64,000 nucleotides of DNA from Rickettsiales bacterium (GTDB lineage: Bacteria; Pseudomonadota; Alphaproteobacteria; Methylaequorales; Methylaequoraceae), in contig NZHE01000024.1 of NCBI GenBank assembly GCA_002691145.1, positions 8,094 through 72,093 of the forward strand. Reading direction: 5' to 3'. The notes under the pieces were generated by a model. The model saw only the letters and a list, made by a program, of their open reading frames with translations, had not been told where the DNA came from and made no database searches. The stretch's first letter is position 1. Every line of letters begins with the position of its first letter. Shown here one piece after another: positions 28,657 through 38,994 of the stretch. The position numbers and the translations under genes were made by a program.

Positions 28657-30417
28657 ATTTTAGATGTTTTTTTTTTTAACCACTTTTGCTCGTCATAATT
28701 TAAGTGATTTTTTAATTTTCTAAAAACCTTTTCATGATAATTATTTAGCCAATCAATCTCACTTCTGTTCAGTAGTTTTTTGTCAATTAGGCTCAATTCA
28801 TAAGGAGCAAGTGTCAATGTTCTAAAATGTAGATAATTTTTTAGTTTAGATTCCTGAACGCATATTAAATTTTCAATTCTGATACCAAATCTATCTTTTA
28901 AATAAAATCCTGGTTCATTGGACAAAATCATTCCCGGAAGTAAGGGTATATTATTTAAAACTTTAGAGATACTTTGTGGTCCCTCATGAACTGATAAAAA
29001 ACTTCCAACACCATGACCCGTTCCATGTTCATAATCATAACCTACAGACCATAGTGATTCTCTGGCTAATGCATCAATTTGATATCCTTTAGTTTTTCTA
29101 GGAAAAATTAATTTTGATATTTTCAAATGTCCTTTTAATACTCTAGTATAAGTTTCTTTGTGAATTGATAAAATTTTATTTTTATTTCCATAAAAGATAG
29201 TTCTTGTAACATCCGTGGTTGCGCCCAAGTATTGCGCTCCAGAATCACATAAAAATATTTCTCCACTTCTAAATTTTTTTTTATTTTTATTATTTGCACT
29301 ATAATGTATTATGGCACCGTTAGCCCCAAATGCTGATATTGTTGGAAAACTTAAAGAAATAAAATTTTCATTCTGCATTCTAAATTCTTTTAATTTTTCA
29401 GCAGCAATTACTTCATTTAAAATCGTATTTCTAGTTTGTAAATCTAACCAACATAAAAATTTAACTAGTGCAACACCATCTAAAATATGCATATTAATAG
29501 CAGATTTAATCTCTATTTCATTCTTCTTTGACTTTTCAAGTATGCAAGGATCAATTCCAACTGTTATTTTTCTTTTGTGTTTTTGAGCTAAATATTTAAA
29601 ATAAAAGGTAGAATTTTGGTTGATAAAAATATTTTTGACTTCATCACTTTTTTTAATTTCTGTTCCAATTAAATGCTCAGATTCTACTTTTATATTTAAA
29701 TCATCCTCAAATACTTTTAACTCTCCATTATTTATTTTTTTTTTTATTAATAAAAAGTATTAATTTATTTTTCTTAATAAGTAATCTACAAAATACTAAT
29801 GGTGTATGCTCTAGATCTCCTCCCCTAATGTTTAGAAGCCATGCGATTGATTCTGGTGAAGTAAAAATAACTAAATCATAGTCTTTTAGTATTTCTTTTA
29901 TTCTTTTTATTTTACTTGTAGCTTTTTCGCCAGAGTATCTTTCTGATAAAAAAAATAAATTTTTACTTTTTTCGTTTTCAATATTATTGAAAATATTATC
30001 AATAAAATTATTTTTATTTAATATTAGTTTATTATTTGTTTCTTTAAAAACGTCTATTAATTTTTCAATAAAAAAAATGCTATTTATTTTCATGTCTACG
30101 GAAATCTTAAATTTTTTTTCTTTAATATTTTTAGTGACCCAATCAAATATATTTATTTTTGAAGTATCAAAAATATTAAATTTTTCAGAAAGCTCTTTTT
30201 TAGATTGAAGTATGTACCTTCCATCAGTAAAAAAAAGTAATTTGCGTCGCAAAATAAAGCAAATTCCATTTGAACCAGTAAAATTTGTCAACCATTTTAA
30301 TCTATTTTTAACATTCGGAACATATTCGTTTAAATATTCGTCAGTACATGGAAGTATATACCCATCCATATGATTTTTTTTCATTTCTTTTTGAAGCTTT
30401 AGAATTTTACTATGCAT
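28653..30417 (-). pseudogene. Xaa-Pro aminopeptidase (aminopeptidase P, M24B), split by a +1 frameshift at an A11 tract (real or sequencing error)
   Basis: N-terminal part has DEY.NEY, W.TNFTGSNG, DGRY..Q and IAWLLNIRG. C-terminal part has DSGAQY..TTDVTRT, HGTGHGVG, HEGP and SNEPG.Y. The frames join across 29735-29745. Confidence 0.88.
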
Positions 30418-30418
30418 G

Positions 30419-32566
30419 TCAAATAACTTTTTTTAAATAACTTGAGAGTAACTTAATAATTTCACTTGAATTTTCAAACTTTACTTGAATTTTTTCAAAA
30501 TCTGTACCTAAAACAATTCCATTTCCAAAACTTTCATGAAATACTTTATCCCCGATGATAAACTTTGAGCTCAATTTCTTTATTGAGCTTTTATTTCTTT
30601 TTGATAATTGTTGATTAATGTTAATAATCTTGACCTCACAGTTTTTTTGCGGAAGTTCAGACAGAAATCTTGATGGAATTGTTCTATAAACACTTTGATT
30701 ATATTGCTTCCTGTAGTTACAATAGAATATTGATAGGCCTAGTCGCGCTCTAGTAATACCAACATAGGCTAATCTTCGTTCTTCTTCTAAGCCAAGATTT
30801 CCCGTTTCGTCAATGGTTCTTTGATTTGGGAATATACCTTCTTCCCACCCTGGTAAAAAAATGTATTCAAATTCAAGACCTTTAGCACTATGCAATGTCA
30901 TCAATGAAACTTTTTTTTTATTTTCATCATTGTTTGAATTATCAATTACCAAACTTACTTCCTCAAGAAATTCAGAAATAGATTCTCTTTTTTCAATGTC
31001 AACTATCAGCTTCTTTAAATTTTCAAGTTTACCCTCTGATTCTGGTGTTTTATCATTTAGAAGCATCTCAGTATAACCTATATCGTCTAAAAGTGAGCCT
31101 GCCACCTCACTATTTTTTGCCTTCGTAAGTTTAATTCTGTGGTTATCTAAAATTTTAAAAAAAAGTTTTAGATTTTGAATAACTTTATTTGTGAACTGTT
31201 TTAAATGAATAAGATCCTGAAATGAAGCAAATAGTGTCAAATTTTTTTTATCCGCATTTTCATTTGCTTTTGCTAGAACGGACTTTCCAATTCCTCTTTT
31301 GGGTAAGTTTACAACTCTTTCGAGTGCCAAATTATCACTTTCGTTTATTAAAATTCTAAAAAAAGAAATTGCATCTTTTATTTCCTTTCTTTCATAAAAT
31401 TTTAAACCACCAACAACTCTATATCTTATATTTTCATTTAAAAATCTGTCTTCTATTTCTTTAAACTGAAAACTTGCTCTTGTCAAAATTGCTATCTCTG
31501 AACTTTTTACACCCTCATTGTTCAAATTCTTAATTTTTTCAGAAATCTGATAAGCCTCTATTTCATCATTCTCAACATTTATAATGTTCACTTTTTCTCC
31601 ATCCAAATCACTTGTCCAAAGTTTTTTTCCTATTCTTTCTGTATTCTCAGAAATTATATTTGAAGCTGCTGCTAAAATATTTGCTGATGACCTATAATTT
31701 TGTTCTAATCTGATGATTTTAGAACCTGGAAAGTCTTTTTCAAAATTTAATATATTTTTTAGTTGCGCCCCTCTCCAACCATAAATAGATTGATCCTCAT
31801 CTCCAACACAACAGATATTTCTATTTTTTTCTGCGAGTAATCTTAAAAAAAGATACTGAGATGCGTTAGTATCCTGGTATTCATCAACAAGGATATATTT
31901 AAATTTTGAATGGTACTGATTAAGTAAATTTTTATTTTCTTTCAATAGATTCAATGGATGTAAAATTAGGTCTCCAAAATCAACCGCATTAAATATTTTT
32001 AGTCTCTCTTGATATAAACTGTAAATACCTTTTAGTTTGCCATTTGAAAAATTTTGGAATTCGTGACTAGAGATTTTTTCAGGATCTAATCCAAGATTTT
32101 TTAATTGATTTATAAAGTAAAGATAGTTCTTCGGAACATACTTTTTTTTATCGAGATTTAATATATCTAAAACCTGTTTGATTAATCGTATTTGATCATC
32201 CGTATCTAAAATTGTAAAATCCCGTTTAAGCGATACTAATTCAGCATGTTTTCTGAGTATTCTTACTCCTATAGAGTGAAAAGTACCGATGAACATACCC
32301 TCAACTGGTCTCTTTAGTAAATTTTCAACTCTATTCTTCATCTCAAAAGCAGCTTTATTAGTAAAAGTTACAGCCAAAATTTCTGATGTTGACGCCATTC
32401 TTGAGAATATTAAATTTGCTATTCTAGATGTTAATACTTTTGTTTTACCGGTCCCGGCCCCTGACAAAACTAGAAGTGGACCATCAAAAGTGTTAACCGC
32501 CTCCTTTTGTTGCTCATTTAAACTTTGAAGAAAATCAGCTTCAGGTAAAATAACTTTCTCAATCAT
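30419..32566 (-). CDS. uvrD: ATP-dependent DNA helicase UvrD/PcrA
   Basis: GAGTGKT, VDEYQD, GDEDQSIYGWRGA, LEQNYRS and EERRLAYVGITRA. Confidence 0.96.
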   Translation of the reverse strand: MIEKVILPEADFLQSLNEQQKEAVNTFDGPLLVLSGAGTGKTKVLTSRIANLIFSRMASTSEILAVTFTNKAAFEMKNRVENLLKRPVEGMFIGTFHSIGVRILRKHAELVSLKRDFTILDTDDQIRLIKQVLDILNLDKKKYVPKNYLYFINQLKNLGLDPEKISSHEFQNFSNGKLKGIYSLYQERLKIFNAVDFGDLILHPLNLLKENKNLLNQYHSKFKYILVDEYQDTNASQYLFLRLLAEKNRNICCVGDEDQSIYGWRGAQLKNILNFEKDFPGSKIIRLEQNYRSSANILAAASNIISENTERIGKKLWTSDLDGEKVNIINVENDEIEAYQISEKIKNLNNEGVKSSEIAILTRASFQFKEIEDRFLNENIRYRVVGGLKFYERKEIKDAISFFRILINESDNLALERVVNLPKRGIGKSVLAKANENADKKNLTLFASFQDLIHLKQFTNKVIQNLKLFFKILDNHRIKLTKAKNSEVAGSLLDDIGYTEMLLNDKTPESEGKLENLKKLIVDIEKRESISEFLEEVSLVIDNSNNDENKKKVSLMTLHSAKGLEFEYIFLPGWEEGIFPNQRTIDETGNLGLEEERRLAYVGITRARLGLSIFYCNYRKQYNQSVYRTIPSRFLSELPQKNCEVKIININQQLSKRNKSSIKKLSSKFIIGDKVFHESFGNGIVLGTDFEKIQVKFENSSEIIKLLSSYLKKVI

Positions 32567-32578
32567 AGAACAAGAATA

Positions 32579-35224
32579 TTATACATTTTTTTTTGGTGAG
32601 TAACTTAAATTAGATCCCAACCACTTTTCAACATAAGCTAAATCTTTTTTCTTTCTTCTAGCATAATCTTGTATTTGATCTTTATTTATTTTACCAACTC
32701 CAAAATAACTTGCATTTGGATTCGCAAAATAAAATCCAGAAACTGAACTCATTGGTGACATCGCATATGATTCAGTTAGAGATATTTTCAGATTTTTTCC
32801 TATTTCTAATAGATCAAATAAGGTTTCTTTTTCAGAATGATCTGGACATGCTGGATATCCAGGAGCTGGCCTAATACCCAAATAATCTTCATTTATTAGC
32901 TGTTGATTATTTAATCGTTCATTTTTATTATATCCCCAATATTTTTTCCTTACATCCATATGTAATTTTTCTGCTAAACCTTCCGCTAATCTATCTCCCA
33001 AAGATTTAATTAAAATTGAATTGTAATCATCTTTTTTTGCTTCGAAATATTTCGCATTCCTATCAATTCCTTTTCCAGCTGTAACTGCAAAACCACCAAT
33101 ATAATCTTTTATTTTTGAATCCTTAGGAGCGACAAAGTCGGATAAACAAAAATTTGCTCTTCCGTTTGTTTGCCTTTTAATTTGTTGTCTGAGAAAAAAG
33201 AGCTTCTTTTTAATTTTTACTCTTTTATCATCTTCATAAATTTCTATATCATCATCCGATGAATTTGCTGGCCAAAATCCAATAACAGCTTGTAGTTTTG
33301 TTAAACTATCGTTTTCAATTCTTCTTAACATAGCTTGAGCATCTTTCCAAAGTTCTCTTGCAGATTTGCCAACAATTTTATCGTCAAGAATATCTGGGAA
33401 TTTTCCGTAGAGTTCCCATGATTCAAAAAAAGGCTTCCAATCGATATATGGAATGATTTCATCTGTTGATATGTTGTTGATTATTTTGACGTCTAAAATC
33501 TCAGGTTTTGCGATGTTATATTTTTTCCAATCGATTTTATATTTATTTTTTCTTGACTCTACCAAGGATACTTTTGCTTTTCCTTTATCTTTTTTGTAGA
33601 ATTTTGCTTTTATTTCATCATACTCTTTTTTAATTAAATCCTTAAATGGCAAACTATTTTTATGAGAAATTAATTTGCTAGCAACACCAACAGCTTTTGA
33701 GGCATCTGGAACATAAATTACACCGTATCTATACTCTGGAAAAATTTTAATGGCAGTATGTATCTTACTAGTTGTCGCGCCACCGATCATAAGAGGTATT
33801 TTAATTTTTTGCTTACTTAGTTCGCTAGCTACATAACACATTTCATCTAAACTTGGGGTAATTAATCCCGACAAACCTATTATATTTACATTTTCCGCAA
33901 TTGCAGTGTCTATAATTTTTTGAGCAGGAACCATTACACCTAAATCGATTACATCATAGTTATTACATTGTAATACTACACCAACAATATTTTTTCCAAT
34001 ATCATGAACATCACCTTTAACAGTAGCTAACAAAATTTTTCCTTTAACACTTTTTTTTTCTTCTGAACTATCTTTCATAAAAGGAAGAAGGTAACCTACT
34101 GACTGTTTCATTACTCTAGCTGATTTAACCACTTGTGGTAAGAACATTTTTCCAGAGCCAAAAAGATCTCCAACCTCATTCATTCCGTCCATAAGAGGAC
34201 CCTCAATAATCTCAAGAGGTTTAGAATATTTTTTTCTTAACTCCTCAGTATCTGAACTTACATAATCATTGATTCCGTTAACAAGCGAGTAAATTATTCT
34301 TTTTTCTGGTGTTTTTTTTCTCCATAATACTTTCTTTTTTTTCTTTATTACTTTACCAGAATATTTTTCTGAAATTTTTATTAACTCTTCAGTTGCATCT
34401 TCTTTTTTATTGAATAATACATTTTCAATCGCAATTTTCAGATCCTTTTGAATTTGCTCATATATTGTTATCTGACCTGCGTTTACAATTGCCATATCTA
34501 AACCAGCCTTGATAGCATGATACAAAAAACATGAGTGCATAGCTTCTCTAATTTGGTTATTACCCCTAAAACTAAATGAAACATTCGACAGACCACCTGA
34601 TACCTTAGCATTAGGTAATTCTGATTTAATAAGCCTAGTCGCTTCAAAAAAATCCTTAGCATAATTGTTATGCTCTTTCATACCAGTAGCAACAGCAAAA
34701 ATATTTGGATCAAAAATAATATCAGAGCTTGGGAATTTTATTCTCTCAACTAGTATCTTATAAGCTCTTTCACAAATAGAAAATTTTCTCTCAACGTTGT
34801 CGGCTTGTCCATTTTCGTCAAAAGCCATGATTACTACAGCAGCACCGTAAGACTTTACAATATCTGCTTGCTCTTCAAAAACACTTTCACCCTCTTTAAG
34901 ACTTATTGAATTTACAACACATTTACCTTGAATACATTTCAAACCTGTTTCTATTACTGACCATTTAGAAGAATCAATCATAAATGGAACTTTTGCAATA
35001 CCAGGTTCAGATGAGAGTAAATTCAAAAAATTTTTCATTGCAAATTCTGAATCCAATAATCCTTCATCCATGTTAATGTCAATTATTTGAGCTCCATTAT
35101 CAACTTGTTGTCTTGCGACCTCTACTGCATCATTATATTTTCCGTCTAAAATTAATTTTTTAAACTTCAAAGAACCTGTTACATTAGTTCTTTCACCAAT
35201 ATTTATAAAATTAGACTTAATCAT
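32579..35224 (-). CDS. metH: Cobalamin-dependent methionine synthase, pterin-, B12- and AdoMet-binding domains
   Basis: [21 protein letters not shown] (B12 His) and [14 protein letters not shown]. Confidence 0.96.
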   Translation of the reverse strand: MIKSNFINIGERTNVTGSLKFKKLILDGKYNDAVEVARQQVDNGAQIIDINMDEGLLDSEFAMKNFLNLLSSEPGIAKVPFMIDSSKWSVIETGLKCIQGKCVVNSISLKEGESVFEEQADIVKSYGAAVVIMAFDENGQADNVERKFSICERAYKILVERIKFPSSDIIFDPNIFAVATGMKEHNNYAKDFFEATRLIKSELPNAKVSGGLSNVSFSFRGNNQIREAMHSCFLYHAIKAGLDMAIVNAGQITIYEQIQKDLKIAIENVLFNKKEDATEELIKISEKYSGKVIKKKKKVLWRKKTPEKRIIYSLVNGINDYVSSDTEELRKKYSKPLEIIEGPLMDGMNEVGDLFGSGKMFLPQVVKSARVMKQSVGYLLPFMKDSSEEKKSVKGKILLATVKGDVHDIGKNIVGVVLQCNNYDVIDLGVMVPAQKIIDTAIAENVNIIGLSGLITPSLDEMCYVASELSKQKIKIPLMIGGATTSKIHTAIKIFPEYRYGVIYVPDASKAVGVASKLISHKNSLPFKDLIKKEYDEIKAKFYKKDKGKAKVSLVESRKNKYKIDWKKYNIAKPEILDVKIINNISTDEIIPYIDWKPFFESWELYGKFPDILDDKIVGKSARELWKDAQAMLRRIENDSLTKLQAVIGFWPANSSDDDIEIYEDDKRVKIKKKLFFLRQQIKRQTNGRANFCLSDFVAPKDSKIKDYIGGFAVTAGKGIDRNAKYFEAKKDDYNSILIKSLGDRLAEGLAEKLHMDVRKKYWGYNKNERLNNQQLINEDYLGIRPAPGYPACPDHSEKETLFDLLEIGKNLKISLTESYAMSPMSSVSGFYFANPNASYFGVGKINKDQIQDYARRKKKDLAYVEKWLGSNLSYSPKKNV

Positions 35225-35238
35225 GTTATTTTCTTAAT

Positions 35239-36285
35239 TTAAATTTCAAAAGTTTCTAATCCAGTCAATCTAAACTTTTCTTTTGATATGACTTTTTTTC
35301 TTGGTTTAATATTTTCAACGGCATCTTTTATTGCTTTTATATGCGTTGGTGTGGTTCCACAGCAACCGCCTATTATATTTATATATGAATTATTTGCCCA
35401 ATTTTCAGCAAAATAAGCCATTTTTTTTGGAGTTTCATCGTACTCTCCAAATGCATTTGGTAGTCCCGCATTAGAATGAACACTAGTGCATACCTTGCAA
35501 ATCCTTGATAACTCAGCAACATACTGTTCCAGTTCTTTTGGTCCAAGAGCGCAGTTTAAACCGATGCTAATAGGTTTAGAAAAAATCACAGAATAATAAA
35601 ACGCTTCTAGGGTTTGTCCTGAAAGAGTTCTACCTGACAAATCTGTAATTGTAACAGAAAGCATAAGTGGGATTTTTTTTTTATTTTTTTTCTCGTACTC
35701 CTTTATCGCAATTAAGGCTGCTTTAGCATTCAGAGTATCAAAAATTGTCTCAACAAAAATAATATCTACTCCTCCTTGAATTAAGGCATCAATGCAAGAA
35801 TAATAATCTGATTTTAGCTCGTCGAAATTTATATTTCTAAATCCTGGATCATTTACATCAGGAGACATAGAACAAGTTCTACTAGTGGGACCCAAAATTC
35901 CGGCAACAAATCTTTTTTCTTTTGGATTATCAATCATAAATTTATCAGTCACCTCTCTAGCAATTTTTGCGCCTGTAAAATTTAGGTCATAAGCACTATC
36001 CTCAAGTTTGTAGTCAGACTGAGAGACTTTTGTAGAATTAAAAGTATTTGTCTCGATAATATCAGCTCCTGCTTCAAGATATTTTTTATGAATATCTCTA
36101 ATTAAATTTGGCTGAGTAATATTTAACAAATCATTATTACCTTTAACTAATTTATTTATATTTCGAAATTCATTCCCCCTAAAATCATTCTCTGTAAGAC
36201 TATGTTTTTGAATCATTGTACCCATAGCTCCATCAAGTATTAAAATTTTATGCTCAAGAAGATTTTTCAATATTTTATCAATCAT
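35239..36285 (-). CDS. metH: Methionine synthase homocysteine-binding (Zn) domain, stand-alone gene
   Basis: LDGAMGTMIQ, GLNCALG and IGGCCGTTP.HI. Confidence 0.95.
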   Translation of the reverse strand: MIDKILKNLLEHKILILDGAMGTMIQKHSLTENDFRGNEFRNINKLVKGNNDLLNITQPNLIRDIHKKYLEAGADIIETNTFNSTKVSQSDYKLEDSAYDLNFTGAKIAREVTDKFMIDNPKEKRFVAGILGPTSRTCSMSPDVNDPGFRNINFDELKSDYYSCIDALIQGGVDIIFVETIFDTLNAKAALIAIKEYEKKNKKKIPLMLSVTITDLSGRTLSGQTLEAFYYSVIFSKPISIGLNCALGPKELEQYVAELSRICKVCTSVHSNAGLPNAFGEYDETPKKMAYFAENWANNSYINIIGGCCGTTPTHIKAIKDAVENIKPRKKVISKEKFRLTGLETFEI

Positions 36286-36289
36286 TAAA

Positions 36290-37150
36290 CTAATCCTGTA
36301 AGGTCCTGATTCCTAAAATATGACAGATAGCAAAGGTTAAATCGGCTCTATTCAAAGTATAAAAATGAAATTCTTTAATTCCTTCTTTTAAAAGTCGCAT
36401 ACATTGTTCGGCTGCGATAGTTGCTGCAACTAATTTTCTCGTTTCAGGATCAGAATCTAATCCAATAAACATATTTTTTAACCAATTTGGTATATTACAA
36501 TTCATAGAGTTGGAAAATTCAATGGTTTTTTTACAATTCGTAACAGGTAATATACCTGGAATTATTGGTATATTAATATTTCTCTTTCTAATATTTTCTA
36601 AAAACTTTAAATAAATATCTGTATCTAAAAAAAACTGAGAAATCCCTCTTGTAGCTCCTAAATCGATCTTTCTTTTCAAAACATCATAGTCTTTTTCAGT
36701 AGTGTCTGATTCTGGATGACCCTCAGGGTAAGCAGAAACTGTAATTTCAAAATCGTTTCTACTTTTTAGAATTTTTATCAAATCTGTAGCATAGTTGAGT
36801 TGGTCATTAATTGAATTACCGTTTTCTAAAACTCTATCACCTCTTAGTGCTACAATATGCTTGATACCCTCATTCCAATATGTGTCTGCAATATCTATTA
36901 GTTCCTCTTTAGTCGAATTTACACATGTAAGGTGTGCGGCAGGTTGTATTTTTGATTCTTTTTTAATTTTTGAAACTAATTCATGAGTTCTTTTTCTAGT
37001 TGAACCCATAGCCCCGTAGGTTACGGAGACAAATTGAGGTTTAAGAGGTTCTAATCTCTTGAATGTATGCCATAAAGATTGTTCCATTTTCTCACTTTTT
37101 GGTGGAAAAAATTCGAAAGAAACTTTTAAATTTTTATAATTACTTAACAT
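36290..37150 (-). CDS. metF: 5,10-methylenetetrahydrofolate reductase
   Basis: VSFEFFPPK, SVTYGA, HLTCV, ALRGD and FHFYTLNR. Confidence 0.97.
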   Translation of the reverse strand: MLSNYKNLKVSFEFFPPKSEKMEQSLWHTFKRLEPLKPQFVSVTYGAMGSTRKRTHELVSKIKKESKIQPAAHLTCVNSTKEELIDIADTYWNEGIKHIVALRGDRVLENGNSINDQLNYATDLIKILKSRNDFEITVSAYPEGHPESDTTEKDYDVLKRKIDLGATRGISQFFLDTDIYLKFLENIRKRNINIPIIPGILPVTNCKKTIEFSNSMNCNIPNWLKNMFIGLDSDPETRKLVAATIAAEQCMRLLKEGIKEFHFYTLNRADLTFAICHILGIRTLQD

Positions 37151-37282
37151 TTTGACAAATTAGCTCAGAAAAATATAAAATGATAGATTAAAGTCAAAAA
37201 AAATATAAAATAATGTTTTTTTTTTATACTTTAATAATTTTTTTATATATTATGAGTATATATTTATTTATATGGTTTAAAG

Positions 37283-38203
37283 ATGAAACAATATAATAAG
37301 TTTTTAATAATTAAATTTTTTTTGATTTACATAATTTTTCTTTTCGTTTCCGGTTGCGCAACAAAAAATGATGAATTAAGTATCGAAAATATAAATGATC
37401 CTTATGAAGGGCTAAACAGATCAGTTTTTAGTTTTAATAATAATCTTGATGAGTATATTTTTAAACCAGTAGCAAGAGGTTGGAAAACCTTACCCGATTT
37501 TCCAAGGGAAAATTTAGCAAACCTCGCTGAAACTGCCGAAAGTCCTCTTGATATTGCAAACGCGATTCTCCAATTTGATATTGAGGGTGTGAGAATTACA
37601 TTAAGTAGATTTATCATAAATCTAACGCTTGGGCTTGGTGGAATGTATGATGTTGCAAGCAGCGACATGTTTGAAATTGAAAAAAGAAATGAAGATTTTG
37701 GTCAAACACTAGCAATTTGGGGGTTACCAGAAGGCCCCTATACAATGCTTCCTATATTCGGACCGTCAAATATTAGAGATGCAGTCGGTAGAGGTGTTGA
37801 CACTATATTTAACCCATTAACCTTTGTTTTCAGGATGAATAATTTTGGTTTTGAAACCAGATTACCACAACCGGTAGTAAGCGGAGCTGATCAACGTGCA
37901 AAATACCTAGGGTACGTTGACGATATTGAAAGCACATCCCTAGATTTTTATGCAACAATGCGAAGCTTATATAGACAAAAAAGACAACAAGATATTAATA
38001 ACGGAAACGTAGAAAAAAAAAAAATAAATTTTAGTATGCCAGATTACGGAGACATCCCTTCATATGAAGATAGTCTGGAAATAATGATTCCTTTCTCTAA
38101 TCAAGAGAATTTAGAAAATATCCAAAAATATCCAAAAAAGGCTGTCCCATCATCTAATTATCCTGATTACAATGAACCCAACACTAAATTGTTAACTAAT
38201 TGA
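37283..38203 (+). CDS. mlaA: VacJ/MlaA family lipoprotein
   Basis: Lipobox SGC, DPYE..NR..F.FN, EDFGQTL and GPY..LP.FGPS..RD. Confidence 0.93.
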   Translation: MKQYNKFLIIKFFLIYIIFLFVSGCATKNDELSIENINDPYEGLNRSVFSFNNNLDEYIFKPVARGWKTLPDFPRENLANLAETAESPLDIANAILQFDIEGVRITLSRFIINLTLGLGGMYDVASSDMFEIEKRNEDFGQTLAIWGLPEGPYTMLPIFGPSNIRDAVGRGVDTIFNPLTFVFRMNNFGFETRLPQPVVSGADQRAKYLGYVDDIESTSLDFYATMRSLYRQKRQQDINNGNVEKKKINFSMPDYGDIPSYEDSLEIMIPFSNQENLENIQKYPKKAVPSSNYPDYNEPNTKLLTN

Positions 38204-38204
38204 T

Positions 38205-38798
38205 ATGTTGAAAACAATAAGTTTTTTTTTCATTATTTGTTTATTACCATTTTCATTAAGCTCAAATGATAATATTAAAAAAAGCAGACTATTTATTGAG
38301 GAACTTGGACAGCAGGTACTTAAAGATGTAGCTAACTCAAGTATATCAGACTTACAAAGGGAAAAAAATTTCACTAAACTTTATAATAGGGCATTTGATA
38401 ATACTTATATTTCAAGGTTTGTTCTTGGAAGATATTGGTCAAAAATCGATAAGAAAACTCAAGAAGAATTTACTAAGTCCTTTCAAACGTATTTAGTTAA
38501 AGTGTACGCCCCTAAGTTCAAAGGTTGGGTGGGTGAATTTAAAACAACAAATTCTAAATTTTCAAATAATATGTATATTGTAAATATGAATCTTGTATCA
38601 AAAAACATTTCATCTTTATCACTTGATTGGAGATTGTACATCTCAAAAAATAACATTTTTAAGATCTTAGACGTAAATATTGACGGTGTTAGCATGTTAG
38701 TTACACAAAGAGCGGAATTTGCTTCAGTTATAAAAAATCATCCTAGAGGTGTTTTAGGCTTGATTGAACAAATGAAAAAAAAAATAGTATCCTCGTAA
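38205..38798 (+). CDS. mlaC: MlaC/Ttg2D periplasmic phospholipid-binding protein
   Basis: RFVLGRYW and KILDV.IDGVSM..TQR.EF; follows mlaA. Confidence 0.9.
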   Translation: MLKTISFFFIICLLPFSLSSNDNIKKSRLFIEELGQQVLKDVANSSISDLQREKNFTKLYNRAFDNTYISRFVLGRYWSKIDKKTQEEFTKSFQTYLVKVYAPKFKGWVGEFKTTNSKFSNNMYIVNMNLVSKNISSLSLDWRLYISKNNIFKILDVNIDGVSMLVTQRAEFASVIKNHPRGVLGLIEQMKKKIVSS

Positions 38799-38812
38799 AT
38801 ATATTTATTCAA

Positions 38813-38889
38813 TGGTAGGCCCGGTAGGACTCGAACCTACGACAACACCGTTATGAGCGGTGCGTTCTAACCAACTGAACTACGGGCCT
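38813..38889 (-). tRNA. tRNA with CAT anticodon, most likely tRNA-Ile2 (lysidine)
   Basis: AGGCCCGTAGTTCAGTTGGTTAGAACGCACCGCTCATAACGGTGTTGTCGTAGGTTCGAGTCCTACCGGGCCTACCA: cloverleaf with encoded CCA. It lacks initiator features (paired 1:72, no GGG/CCC anticodon stem) and lies downstream of rpoD. Confidence 0.92.
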
Positions 38890-38994
38890 AATATATTTAT
38901 TTTTTATATTTAACAATTAATAAATATTTTAGCAAAAAAAAACTTAGCTTAAAATAAGTAATTGTTAATTATAAGTTTTGAAAAAAAAATATAT

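Noticed and set aside
37151-37282. Possible SAM riboswitch upstream of metF
   Set aside because: The region is nearly all A/T, with no SAM-II/SAM-V-like conserved core or stable stems.
38799-38994. tRNA as a possible integration site
   Set aside because: There is no integrase, no duplicated tRNA 3' end and no foreign cargo; mlaC ends 14 bp away.
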